Shown piece after piece: positions 1 to 11,807 of a stretch of 64,000 nucleotides of DNA. The DNA comes from Octopus sinensis (Eukaryota), in assembly GCF_006345805.1 (NCBI RefSeq), contig NC_043011.1, positions 27,540,464 through 27,604,463 on the forward strand, in the 5' to 3' direction. Numbering within the stretch: the stretch's first letter is position 1; every line of letters begins with the position of its first letter. The translations under genes were made by a program, and so were the position numbers. The notes under the pieces are model-generated. The model did not search any database, was not told where the DNA came from, and saw nothing but the letters and a program-made list of their open reading frames with translations.

Positions 1-2685
1 AGTGTGGTGCTTATACCATTTGTCAGCAGTTTTGATTTTATAATGCCAATACATTATCCAACTTAGATACTGGCCAATTCTGTCATGTCTTGATTTGAAA
101 TCTACAGGTGCTAAAACCTTACACCCAGAAATTAGATGGTTCACTGTTTCAATCCCATTGTTGCAGTATCGGCGCTTTAGGCCTACTCCATTTTTCCTCA
201 CATTGGTTTGACAGTTCCGGGTCAATAAGCTCTGATCTTGGGCAGCCAAGATAAAGCCCTCACTCTCTGCCTTTAGCCTTGAGCTCCGTAGCCACTGATG
301 AGTGTGCTTGTTGTCTACATCAGCTTGTTTGCAGCAGGCCACATATTTGCCTTGCAGAGGTTTTTGTTCCCACATATCAGCAAATTGTTCAAACGCATTT
401 TGCTTTGCTACTAATCTCACTTTCCTTGCAACTTCAGTTGCTGCACTTCCATCATGCCTTTCAACCTGCACTTCCATCATGCCTTTCAACCTTTTGGCTA
501 TCATTCATAACAGAATGAAGCTTCTTACATCTTTCGTGGTTTTCAACGAGATTTAGCATCCAGTCGTTAGATGCTTCAAGATATTTTGCCAGTCCAATTG
601 TAGTGGTTTTGTGAGAGACTTCAAAATGGATCGAGCCTCAACCTCCTTGAGGTCTGCGTAGGTAAGGACGATCTGCATCTGTTTTTGGGTGGTGCATCTT
701 ATTGCAAGTCAGCAACTTACGGATTTTCTTGTCGATCTTCTCTATTTCGCTCATATTCCAGTTCAACACATTGAAACTATAAATAACAACCGGAACTACT
801 AAGGAATTTGTAGCTAACACCTTGTTACGTGCGTTTAACTCGGATTAAAGACTGCTCGAACTCGCCTGTAACATTCCTCCCTGACTTACTCATTCATGCG
901 AGGTATTTATAAGTTTGTTCCTGCTCGAGTTCTTTTATGATGGTGACAACATCCAACACCAGTGAATGTGAGGTCTTCAATTTGACTTTCTAGAAAGTGG
1001 CCTTGGCACATTTATCAAGACCAAATTCCATCTCGATGTCATCACTGAATGCTTTTACAGCTCATTATCGTCTTTGCCATACAGGTTTAAGTAATCCATA
1101 AAAAATAGATGACTTATTTTCTTGTCGCCAATTTTATAACCATACCCTGTTCTGTTAAGTTTACTTGTAAGGAGTATTAGGGTTATGCAAAAAATTAAAG
1201 GTGAAAGGGAGTCACTTTGGAAAATGTCGCAGTTGATATTAATATTTTTGTAGTTAGTGCTCCTTTAGAGTGTTATAAGTGGAGATTCGTATTCCACACT
1301 GATATGTTGTTGCGTAGTAAGTGTGAAATAACAGGAGAAATTCTGAAGATATCCAGCGATTTCAAGATCCATGAATGCGGTATGCTGTCAAAGGCCTTTT
1401 TAAAATCAATCCATGCGGAACTAACATTTCTGCATTTGTTATGACAGTTCTCAACGATTGATTAAGAACTTGTTATGACAGAATTTGTTATGACAGTTCT
1501 CATGCGATTGATTAAGAATTGATCTTTTCGGCATCCTTTTTGTTCAGTGGGGAAAATATCGTTCTGTTCCATAAATTTGTATGCTTTCTCCAAGAGGATG
1601 TATATTTAAATTTTATACGTGTAAGATAGACATTTTTGGGGCCGACAGTTTGGAGGAAATTTGTTTTCATTATTTTTCAGGAGTAAATAATACATCTTGT
1701 TAACCAATCAGGTAATTTCATTGGACAACTGCACTAACTTTTCGTGTGCGCACCGGCGCGTTGCGAGCCAGAAATTTGCCACCCTATCATTACGAGAAGA
1801 TTTCCACTTATGAGCCGTCGTGAGTGTCATCCTTAGGTCTGCTATTGTAATGTCTTCCCATGCTTGTTCTGGCAAGTTTTGATAGGATTTTTCTCAGCGT
1901 CTAATCCAGTTTGTATTTTCATTGTAAGGCTTTTCATCGCAGCAGATATTTATCCAAAAGTTTTCAGCTTCTTCCATGAGGGGGGAGTCTTCAGCAGTTA
2001 TTTTCTCCTTTTATATTTCTCTGTAGAATTATTCCACATTGGGTATGAACAGCTTATTTTGCTTCTAAAACTTGTTTCTCTTCTAAAATCTTTGTATTCT
2101 TTGAGCTTTACCTTGGACTTTTTCTTTCAGTGCTTCTTTTGCAGAAAACAGTTCTCTTGGTGAAAATCTATGTTTTCTCTTCATAATTCTTCTTTTCTGG
2201 TTTCTACATCGTTTCCACAGATTAGTTCATTCAATATTGATATTTCATCTCTCATTATTTCAATCTTTTTTTCAATTTAACATTTTCCAGTTTGGAATTC
2301 TTCTCAGGTATGTACTTTGTTTTTTCAGAGGCAAACAACTGGTTTCAATTGTCTTAACAGCTGCGTAAATAATTTCATTTAATTCAGTGAGATCTGGTTT
2401 TAATTCTTGTATAATTTGTTTTGTCACATATTTTTCAGTTTTAATTTGTTATCTGTTTTGGATTGTAATTCAGATTTTATGAAGTGGTTCTCTATCATTC
2501 ATATCGGCGTGTCTTACAACTCCACGCTTATTCAGGATGCACAGAACCCTTCTACCCGTCTACAACAGGTAACCCTAGTTGCCAAGAACCCTATTCTTGC
2601 CAATTGTCCCTAATAACACTGTCCCTGATAATCGACAAGCTCCTTCTCTCAAATTTCAGATCTTATATCTATAGTAGAAAGGATT
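1..2685 (-). mobile_element. Degenerate R4/Dong-like (RLE-type) non-LTR retrotransposon, many stops and frameshifts
   Basis: Minus-strand translation gives RT motifs AWIDFKKAFDSIPHSW (~1350-1400), IFQ.DSLSPLIFC, HLFFMD.LNLY and SDDIEMEFGLDKCAK. It then gives NSLVVPVVIYSFNVLNW...KMHHPKTDADRPYL (638-820) and a decayed CCHC region AESEGFILAAQDQ...ETVNHLISGC (~130-290). The element runs off the window start. Confidence 0.85.
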
Positions 2686-2697
2686 ATTATTATTATT

Positions 2698-2892
2698 AAG
2701 GCGGCGAGCTGGCAGGATCGTTAAGCACGCTGTGTAAAATGCTTAGCAGCATTTCGTCCGTCTTTACGTTCTGAGCTCAAATTCCACTGGGGTTGCTTTT
2801 GCTTTCCATTCTTTCGAAAGACGATAAATTAAGTAGCAGTGAAACACTGGTGTCGATGCAATCGATTCCTCTACTCCACAAAATTTGAAACC
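2698..2892 (+). mobile_element. tRNA-derived SINE family A (degenerate)
   Basis: AAGGCGGCGAGCTGGCAG head and CTGAGCTCAAATTCC B-box-like motif; the same family recurs many times in the window. Confidence 0.75.
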
Positions 2893-2913
2893 ATTATTAT
2901 TATCATTATTTTT

Positions 2914-2929
2914 TATAATAATAATAATA

Positions 2930-3002
<73 letters not shown>

Positions 3003-3003
3003 G

Positions 3004-3042
<39 letters not shown>
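2914..3042. repeat. (AAT)n/(ATT)n microsatellite
   Basis: Directly visible trinucleotide runs in opposite orientations. Confidence 0.95.
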
Positions 3043-3149
3043 TAGCCGTCGATAATATTTGAGCGTCGGCGTTGATGTAATCGACTAATACTCATCACGT
3101 TAAAATTGTTGGTCTTATGCCAAAATTTCAAACTATTATTAAAATATCT

Positions 3150-3520
3150 GTAGGGCTGCAAGCTGGCAGAATCGTTAGCATACCGGGCATAATGCTTAGT
3201 GGTATGTCGTCCGTCATCACTTTCTGAGTTCAAATGCCGCCGGCGTCGACTTTGCATTCATCCTTTCAGGATTGATAAGGTAAGTACCAGTTGAACACTG
3301 GGGTCGATGTAATGGATTTAATCCCTCTCCAGAAACTCCTGACTTTGTACCAACATTTGAAATTATTATAATTATACCTCTACAGTGAAGAATTAGCAGA
3401 ATCGTTATAAGTTCGGGAAAATGTCTTGCAACATTTGTTCCGTGTATTTAATTTCTGAGTTCAAATTCTGTCAAGGTCAACTTTGCCTTTGACCTCTCCG
3501 GCATCGATAAAATACAGGAG
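3150..3520 (+). mobile_element. Two adjacent SINE family A copies
   Basis: GCTGGCAGAATCGTTAGC...CTGAGTTCAAAT...GTCGACTTTGC at ~3160-3310 and again at ~3395-3510. Confidence 0.7.
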
Positions 3521-4228
3521 CAGTCATGTACCGTGGTCAATGTAGTCAACTTACTCCTCTGAAAATGAATGGTTTTGTGCCAAATTTTGTAACCATTCTT
3601 AATATTATATATCTTCAAATTTGTGGACGTTATCAATGATATCATATTTAATTTTTTTTCTGTTTTTTAAATCGATAATAGAATTCATTTTTCCAGCCAG
3701 TCGATTATGACCATTCTGGGGCAACGTCGTCAAGATTAGTTATTGTTAATACGTTCATTTGATATTTTTTTCGGGTGGGGTAGTAGTAAATATATCATCC
3801 AATAATAATATGAAGATTAATATGATACACGAAAATTATTCTGCCAATATATATTTGATTCTCTTCCATTTACAAAAATGCATTATTGTGAAGAACCCCC
3901 CCCCCCAAAAAAAAACCAAAGCAAAAACAAAAGAACAGGAATAACAAAGGGTGAAATGTAGTTAGATGGAAAGCAACGAAATGGAAATAAATGTTTTGTT
4001 TCCAATGTATTTCGACTGAAATTAGATTCTCATTTCCTTTAAGAAAACGGAATTAGTTTTGATTATTGTATAGTATTGCGAAGAGGAAAGAGGAATATAA
4101 AAATACTATTATTATGAATTTTAATCTAATATTCTGTATGTGTGTAGAGTATTGTATGTTTGCATGTACATCTGAATACACACAAACACATAAAGAATAT
4201 GCACATATCTATCATACACATACAAAAT

Positions 4229-4282
<54 letters not shown>

Positions 4283-4751
4283 GTACACACACAAACACAC
4301 ATGCTCTCACACATACATATATGTCTGTTCATTTGTCAATAACATTTGAAAAACTGTTGTGGATTGGAAATTTAATAAAGAAACATTTTTCGTAAAATAT
4401 CATGACCAATATATCTCTTAGTGAATGTCTCATACACTCCGTTCTTATCACCATCTGTACATATAGACCATGACTGCAGGCACACACCAGCTCCCACAAA
4501 ACATGCATATACACATAGGCGTACATATGTGTGTGTATGTATGTTTATGTATGTATGTTTATACATGTATATATATATATATATATGCATAAACCTCTTT
4601 GCGATAAAGTGCCTTTATATTGAGTATAATATGCTATGTAGTCGTATTCTTTTACAGTGTATTTGTCTTATTTGTCTTCTCTAATATAGTCATACATAAA
4701 AGATATATGTGTGTGTGTATGAATGTATGTATATATATATATATATTCATG

Positions 4752-4793
<42 letters not shown>

Positions 4794-4986
4794 CAATACT
4801 AAGCAATTAAGGGTTTAGCAACGAATTGCCTTACCGCACACCGAATTTAGAAATAGCAGTCAAAGAGATTATAGCTATTTCTTCTACTAAAAGGGAGATC
4901 ACAGTAAAGACACAGCATTTGAAAGGCAAACACAAACAGGTAAGAGAGAATGAATTAACGGCAATATATCATACAGTTTTAAGTCA

Positions 4987-5078
4987 CCTACGGACGTACG
5001 TTTCGAGATCAAGTCTTAGGAAAGCATAAGAATTAGATAACTCTACCTTACCCAGACGTCTTCTCTCATCAGCGCAGG
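4987..5078 (-). ncRNA. Type I hammerhead ribozyme, array copy 1
   Basis: Minus strand: CCUGCG-CUGAUGA-GAGA..61-nt stem II..UCUC-GAAA-C-GUAC-GU-C^-CGUAGG. Stem I CCUGCG/CGUAGG; GUC cleavage predicted after 4993. Confidence 0.9.
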
Positions 5079-5566
5079 ATACAAACAATCATGAATGATT
5101 GAATATTGAATTTTGAGATACTAGAAGGCACCAACTCAACTCAGTATCAGAGCGAGGTAGAAGCCACAGCTAGTATCACCAAATTCAAAGTATGAATGAA
5201 AGCTTGTGTCACCAGTCCCTTCCCACCCGCGTGTAGCCAAGACAAGGTGCTGTGGTCATTTACTGGATGAATATGGTATAAGTAACAATGAAGGTGAAAT
5301 TAATTATTTGGAATAATTATCAATTACACCAAGTAGTCTTCGGCATGTGAAAGCCTCATTCGAGGAAAATTTAAGTAATACTAAGCATTAAGGGTTTAGC
5401 AACGAATTGCCTTACCGCACACCGAATTTAGAAATAGCAGTCAAAGAGATATAGCTATTTCTTCTACTAAAAGGGAGATCACAGTAAAGACACAGCATTT
5501 GAAAGGCAAACACAAACAGGTAAGAGAGAATGAATTAACGGCAATATATCATACAGTTTTAAGTCA

Positions 5567-5658
5567 CCTACGGACGTACGTTTCGAGATCAAGTCTTAGG
5601 AAAGCATAAGAATTAGATAACTCTACCTTACCCAGACTTCTTCTCTCATCAGCGCAGG
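5567..5658 (-). ncRNA. Type I hammerhead ribozyme, array copy 2
   Basis: Same fold with intact core; cleavage predicted after 5573. Confidence 0.92.
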
Positions 5659-6149
5659 ATACAAACAATCATGAATGATTGAATATTGAATTTTGAGATA
5701 CTAGAAGGCACCAACTCAACTCAGTATCAGAGCGAGCTAGAAGCCACAGCTAGTATCACCAAATTCAAAGTATGAATGAAAGCTTGTGTCACCAGTCCTT
5801 CCCACCCGCGTGTAGCCACGACAAAGTGCTGTGGTCATTTACTGGGATGAATATGGTTATGAGTAACAATGAAGGGTGAAATTAATTAATTTGGAATAAT
5901 TATCAATTACACCAAGTAGTCTTCGGCATGTAAAAGCCTCATTCGAGGAAAATTTAAGTAATACTAAGCAATTAAGGTTTAGCAACGAATTGCCTTACGC
6001 ACACCGAATTTAGAAATAGCAGTCAAAGAGATTATAGCTATTTCTTCTACTAAAAGGCAGATCACAGTAAAGACACAGCATTTGAAAGGCAAATACAAAC
6101 AGGTAAGAGAGAATGAATTAACGGCAATATGTCATACAGTTTTAAGTCA

Positions 6150-6241
6150 CCTACGGACGTACGTTTCGAGATCAAGTCTTAGGAAAGCATAAGAATTAGA
6201 TAACTCTACCTTACCCAGACTTCTTCTCTCATCAGCGCAGG
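6150..6241 (-). ncRNA. Type I hammerhead ribozyme, array copy 3
   Basis: Same fold with intact core; cleavage predicted after 6156. Confidence 0.92.
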
Positions 6242-6722
6242 ATACAAACAATCATGAATGATTGAATATTGAATTTTGAGATACTAGAAGGCACCAACTC
6301 AACTCAGTATCAGAGCGAGCTAGTATCACCAAATTCAAAGTATGAATAAAAGCTTGTGTCACCAGTCCCTTCCCACCCGTGTGTAGCCAAGACAAAGTGC
6401 TGTGGTCATTTACTGGGATGAATATGGTTATGAGTAACAATGAAGGGTGAAATTAATTAATTTGGAATAATTATCAATTACACCAAGTAGTCTTCGGCAT
6501 GTAAAAGCCTCATTCGAGGAAAATTTAAGTAATACTAAGCAATTAAGGGTTTAGCAACGAATTGCCTTACCGCACACCGAATTTAGAAATAGCAGTCAAA
6601 GAGATTATAGCTATTTCTTCTACTAAAAGGGAGATCACAGTAAAGACACAGCATTTGAAAGGCAAACACAAACAGGTAAGAGAGAATGAATTAACGGCAA
6701 TATATCATACAGTTTTAAGTCA

Positions 6723-6812
6723 CCTACGGACGTACGTTCGAGATCAAGTCTTAGGAAAGCATAAGAATTAGATAACTCTACCTTACCCAGACTTCTTCTC
6801 TCATCAGCGCAG
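6723..6812 (-). ncRNA. Type I hammerhead ribozyme, array copy 4 (core GAAA shortened to GAA)
   Basis: Plus strand reads CGTACGTTCG instead of CGTACGTTTCG, and one stem I base is missing. It is either inactive or a homopolymer sequencing error. Confidence 0.7.
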
Positions 6813-7290
6813 ATACAACAATCATGAATGATTGAATATTGAATTTTGAGATACTAGAAGGCACCAACTCAACTCAGTATCAGAGCGAGCTAGTATCACC
6901 AAATTCAAAGTATGAATAAAAGCTTGTGTCACCAGTCCCTTCCCACCCGCGTGTAGCCAAGACAAAGTGCTGTGGTCATTTACTGGGATGAATATGGTTA
7001 TGAGTAACAATGAAGGGTGAAATTAATTAATTTGGAATAATTATCAATTACACCAAGTAGTCTTCGGCATGTAAAAGCCTCATTCGAGGAAAATTAAGTA
7101 ATACTAAGCAATTAAGGTTTAGCAACGAATTGCCTTACCGCACACCGAATTTAGAAATAGCAGTCAAAGAGATTATAGCTATTTCTTCTACTAAAAGGGA
7201 GATCACAGTAAAGACACAGCATTTGAAAGGCAAACACAAACAGGTAAGAGAGAATGAATTAACGGCAATATATCATACAGTTTTAAGTCA

Positions 7291-7382
7291 CCTACGGACG
7301 TACGTTTCGAGATCAAGTCTTAGGAAAGCATAAGAATTAGATAACTCTACCTTACCCAGACTTCTTCTCTCATCAGCGCAGG
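7291..7382 (-). ncRNA. Type I hammerhead ribozyme, array copy 5
   Basis: Same fold with intact core; cleavage predicted after 7297. Confidence 0.92.
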
Positions 7383-7489
7383 ATACAAACAATCATGAAT
7401 GATTGAATATTGAATTTTGAGATACTAGAAGGCACCAACTCAACTCAGTATCAGAGCGAGCTAGAAGCCACAGCTAGTATCACCAAATT

Positions 7490-7532
<43 letters not shown>

Positions 7533-7939
7533 ATATATACACATACATATGTATATATATATATATTAGCTGCTTTGTTGTATACAGGCAAAGCCACTAC
7601 TAGAAAGAATCATTGAAATGAGTAAATATTGATGCAATGTGGGGCCCTTGTATGACACTTGAGCCCGACGTAAGTTTTGCACATTCTATTACATACTTCA
7701 CGGCTGTGCTGACTAGCAGAAGAAACAGGAGTCACTGTATGAGCTCTTTTGACATGCCTTTTTAATCCTCTAACTGAGAGGCACACCTTTCCACATGTTG
7801 CACATGTTATGTTCTGATGTCAACAATAGCCATATCACAACTCTGATGACTGACCAGGCCTGTACGATTCAATTTCCTCCTACCACAACCCACACACATA
7901 CAGAAAGCAACACTACCTTATTCTCCATAGATTAATTAC

Positions 7940-8305
7940 TTCTAAGCCTTCTACTATTCTCGTGCTTCATTCTCTCTCCTTCAGACCTAGAACAACCACT
8001 TTGCATTCTCTTCCTCCATCCATCTCGGTCTTGTGCCTCTGTATCCCAATCAAACAACTGAAATTCCTGTCTGTGTCAGAGCAATTCTGAGGCAGTCCTT
8101 GAATCTCGTTTTGGGTTTCTGTTCTGGTCTTCCCGCTTACCATACAGAGGTTGCTTGGAGAGTCTTTCATCATTCATTCTTACCAGATGTCCCCCCCACA
8201 CCTCAAAAGACTTGGCAGAATCATTGATTATACACTTCTACTATCATTTTTATCAAGTATCTCTACATCACTGATGGCCATTTTCCAATTCATTCCAAGA
8301 ATTTT
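7940..8305 (-). mobile_element. RTE-clade LINE, 3' end of ORF
   Basis: Minus strand: LRKILGMNWKMAISDVEIL...LLRCGGHLVRMNDERLSKQPLYG, typical of the RTE C-terminus; continues the 9036-11120 fragment. Confidence 0.75.
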
Positions 8306-8335
8306 CCTAAGGCAATATTCCTAAGGCAATATATA

Positions 8336-8397
<62 letters not shown>

Positions 8398-8427
8398 ACA
8401 CACACAAACATATATATATATATATAT

Positions 8428-8786
8428 ATTTGTGAGAATGCTTAGATAACTGCATGACAAGATGGAAGTGAGAGCTAATGTTGGAGGTACCTTGTCAGAT
8501 TCAATTTCTGTAGAAAATGGTTTAAAACAAGGTGATATTCCTACTTCTTAATTTGCTTGTTCTGTATTTTGCAAGGGGTCTATGAAGGTAATAAGACAGT
8601 GAGGAAACTTTTCAACCTCAAAAGACTTTGTGCTAAAACGAAAGTTCTTCATTCTCACATCATTGAGGTCTTGTATGCAGATGATTGTGACCTGCTAGCA
8701 CATTCCCATGATGCAACACATGAAGAATGCGATTTCTGCAGCATGTATAGCAAGGGGCCTAACAATTAACTTGAAAAATAAAACTG
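8428..8786 (+). mobile_element. Inverted duplicate of RTE RT segment 9359-9720
   Basis: Near-identical reverse complement of 9359-9720; encodes LFNLKRLCAKTKV...EVLYADDCDLLAH. Confidence 0.9.
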
Positions 8787-8955
8787 GAGGTACATATATA
8801 TCTTTTATGTATGACTATATTAGAGAAGACAATAAGACAAATACACTGTAAAAGAATACGACTACATAGCATATTATACTCAATATAAAGGCACTTTATC
8901 GCAAAGAGATTTATGCATATATATATATATGCATATATATATATATATAATATAT

Positions 8956-9014
<59 letters not shown>

Positions 9015-9035
9015 TATATTGCCTTAGGCAATATT

Positions 9036-11120
9036 CCTAAGGCATCGTTCCAAATGCCTTACATGCCTACGATAAACAACCTAGGTCTCACTTCCATGTT
9101 GCAAAGATGGCAGCACGCTTATGTTATAAACCCTAACTTTAATTTGGAAAGATATACTATGGCGTGACCAGAAGCACCTGTCAAGCCCACCAAAGGTTTT
9201 ACTAGCCTTGCTGATTCTATATGAAATTTCATCAAGATCAATAGTACTCTAAGTACTTCCTAAATAAATGAATTTAGCTACAACTTCCAACCTTTGAACA
9301 TTCACATTTACAGAAGGTTATGCATAAATCTTAGAAGGGGCAGGATGGTACATTAGAGCAGTTTTATTTTTCAAGTTAATTTTTAAGCCCCTTGCTATAC
9401 ATGCTGCAGAAATCGCATTCTTCATGTGTTGCATCATGGGAATGTGCTAGCAGGTCACAATCATCTGCATACAAGACCTCAATGATGTGAGAATGAAGAA
9501 CTTTCGTTTTAGCACAAAGTCTTTTGAGGTTGAAAAGTTTCCTCACTGTCTTATTACCTTCATAGACCCCTTGCAAAATACTGAGCAAGCAATGTAGAAG
9601 TAGGAATATCACCTTGTTTTAAACCATTATTTTTCTACAGAAATTGAATCTGACAGGGTACCTCCAACATTAGCTCTCACTTCCATCTTGTCATGAAATT
9701 ATCTAAGCATTCTCACAAATTTTTCAGGGCATCCTACCTTTTTCAGGATCTCCCAAAGTACAACTCTATTTACACAATCAAACACTTTAGTCGGATCAAT
9801 AAAAACCTGATATAGGCCCATATCCTGTTCTATGCACTTCTCTTCTAACTATCTAGCTGCAAATATCATATCCATATTACTCATACTACCTCGAAACCCA
9901 CATAGTGTTTCTGGTAGATTCTCATCAGCAATGTGCAGAAGCAATCTATCCAGCATTACCCTATAAAGGACCTTTCCAACGAGAGCAACAGACAAAGGCC
10001 ACGGAAATTGTCACAGACATCCTTTCCATCCTTCGATTTATAGAGTATCTCCATAATCACATCACACCAACCCCAAGGAACCACTTCACTATGCCAATCC
10101 CTCTCAGTCACAACTGTCAACATTGTACAGAGATGTTCACCACCATGTTTGTATATTTCTGCACCTAATCTATCCATACTAGCAGCTTTTCCATTGCTCA
10201 ATTTTCTGATCACTGCATTTATTTCCGCCAGGTTTGGAACCTCTGCTAAAAGATGGTTTGTTGGTCTTTCATGTATATTATCAAGGACAAATAGATCAAC
10301 TCCAGTGGGTCTATTGAGCAACTCATCAAAATGCTCTTTCCATCTCCCAATAATATCTTTAGGATTTTTAAATAATTCTGTGCCATCCTTGCTACGAAGT
10401 GGAGCAGACGTTGATGAAGTTGGACCATAAATTTTTTCAAGAGAGTAAACATCCTTGGAACTGTTAATATTTGAAGCTTCTTGGATTTCATCGCATCTAT
10501 CACTACACCAATTTTCCTGCATCATCCTCAGCTCCCCCTACACTGTTGCTTTCACTGGCTTGAAGCGTGTAGTCACTGTTCTGTTCACTGAAAAGTCAGT
10601 ATCTTGCAACAGGTTGAATGCTTTTAGCATCTCCTCTATAACATAAGACCAATTTCTTCATCATTATCGTGAAACCAATCCAAGTGCTTTGTCTCGACAA
10701 AACCGAGAATGTTACTACAAACCTCATCGACTGTCTCTTTGAACGAATTCCAACTTCCATCACAGGACAAATTATTTATCTCACTCACAAACCCATTGTG
10801 TACTGATGTTGTATTAAGTCTGTTGACATCGATCCGTTTAGGTAACTTATTGTTTGCCCTAAACTTAGGCTTGACAACAAAATTCACATTTGCACGCAAA
10901 AGCTTATACTCCGTCCAGCATTCTGCATCACGCATAACTCGCACAAATAGCAAAGTCCCTGGTATTACGTTTTCTAGTGAAGATATAATCAATAAGGTGC
11001 CATTTCTTAGATCTAGGGGGCATCTACGTCATTTTATACTTATTTTTTAGTTGCAACATTGTGTTCATGACATACAGATCCATCTGTATGTACACATGCT
11101 GATTGAGTATTCAGTATTTG
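9036..11120 (-). mobile_element. RTE (BovB-like) LINE fragment: end of APE, linker and RT
   Basis: WMxPRSKKWHLIDYI-like and RVMRDAECWT.YKLLRA (APE); IYGPTSSTSAPLRSKDG...RWKEHFDELLN; YADD motif (9376-9612); KFIYLGS. Confidence 0.9.
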
Positions 11121-11807
11121 AAGCCTTACTGTACAAATATTAATCGGAAGTCTTCGTATCACGGCAAAAACAACATGTTACACATAAATACATAAAAAAA
11201 AATCCGAAAAAATACCCTATAAATTTTTAAATACTGTTATAGAACACAATATAACTAAATTGGATGATTTATTAGAGGAAGCACTCTTTGAACAATACCC
11301 GTGAAAAATTCTATTAAATATTCATGTGGATAAATTATTAATGTATAAATATGCAAAACCCATTAGTGAATAGAAAATATTCCTGGATTTTGCGATAACG
11401 CGGTTTTATCTCTGGGTGAGGTTTATGATTAGGAAGATAAATATATTTATAATTTCACATTTTCTGCTATTTGTCTTCAGCTAAATGGTTATTATTATTT
11501 AATATGTAGTTTTGGTTTATATGGATATCAATGTTCTTTGTTGTAAATTTTATATTATTTTATTGTTCTTATCAAGTTTGTTGAATTCGAGAGATAATAT
11601 GTTATAAGTCAGTTGTAGCTCGATTCGTGGACTATACTCTGTAGAATTTCATTCCTCAAGCGCGAGCGTGTGTTGTTAGTACGCATATATGCCATCACAT
11701 ATCCCCCACACAGATACAACTAAATACGATGATATAAAGAACATATACGAAACCAAACATGGACCAAGCACATACAAAACCACACACACACCTGTATACA
11801 TACACAA

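Larger units (their letters stand above)
4795..7493 (-). repeat. Tandem array, ~4.7 copies of a 568-583 bp unit, each with a hammerhead ribozyme (retrozyme or Penelope pLTR-like)
   Basis: The landmark TTGCCTTAC recurs at 4826, 5407, 5990, 6562 and 7130. The copies are near-identical and the array is bounded by (TA)n on both sides. Confidence 0.95.

Noticed and set aside
4795-7493. CRISPR-like array or coding tandem repeat (67-69 aa ORFs at 4826, 6562, 7130)
   Set aside because: There are no unique spacers and no cas genes, and the context is eukaryotic. The small ORFs are frameshifted in other copies and have no recognisable motif.
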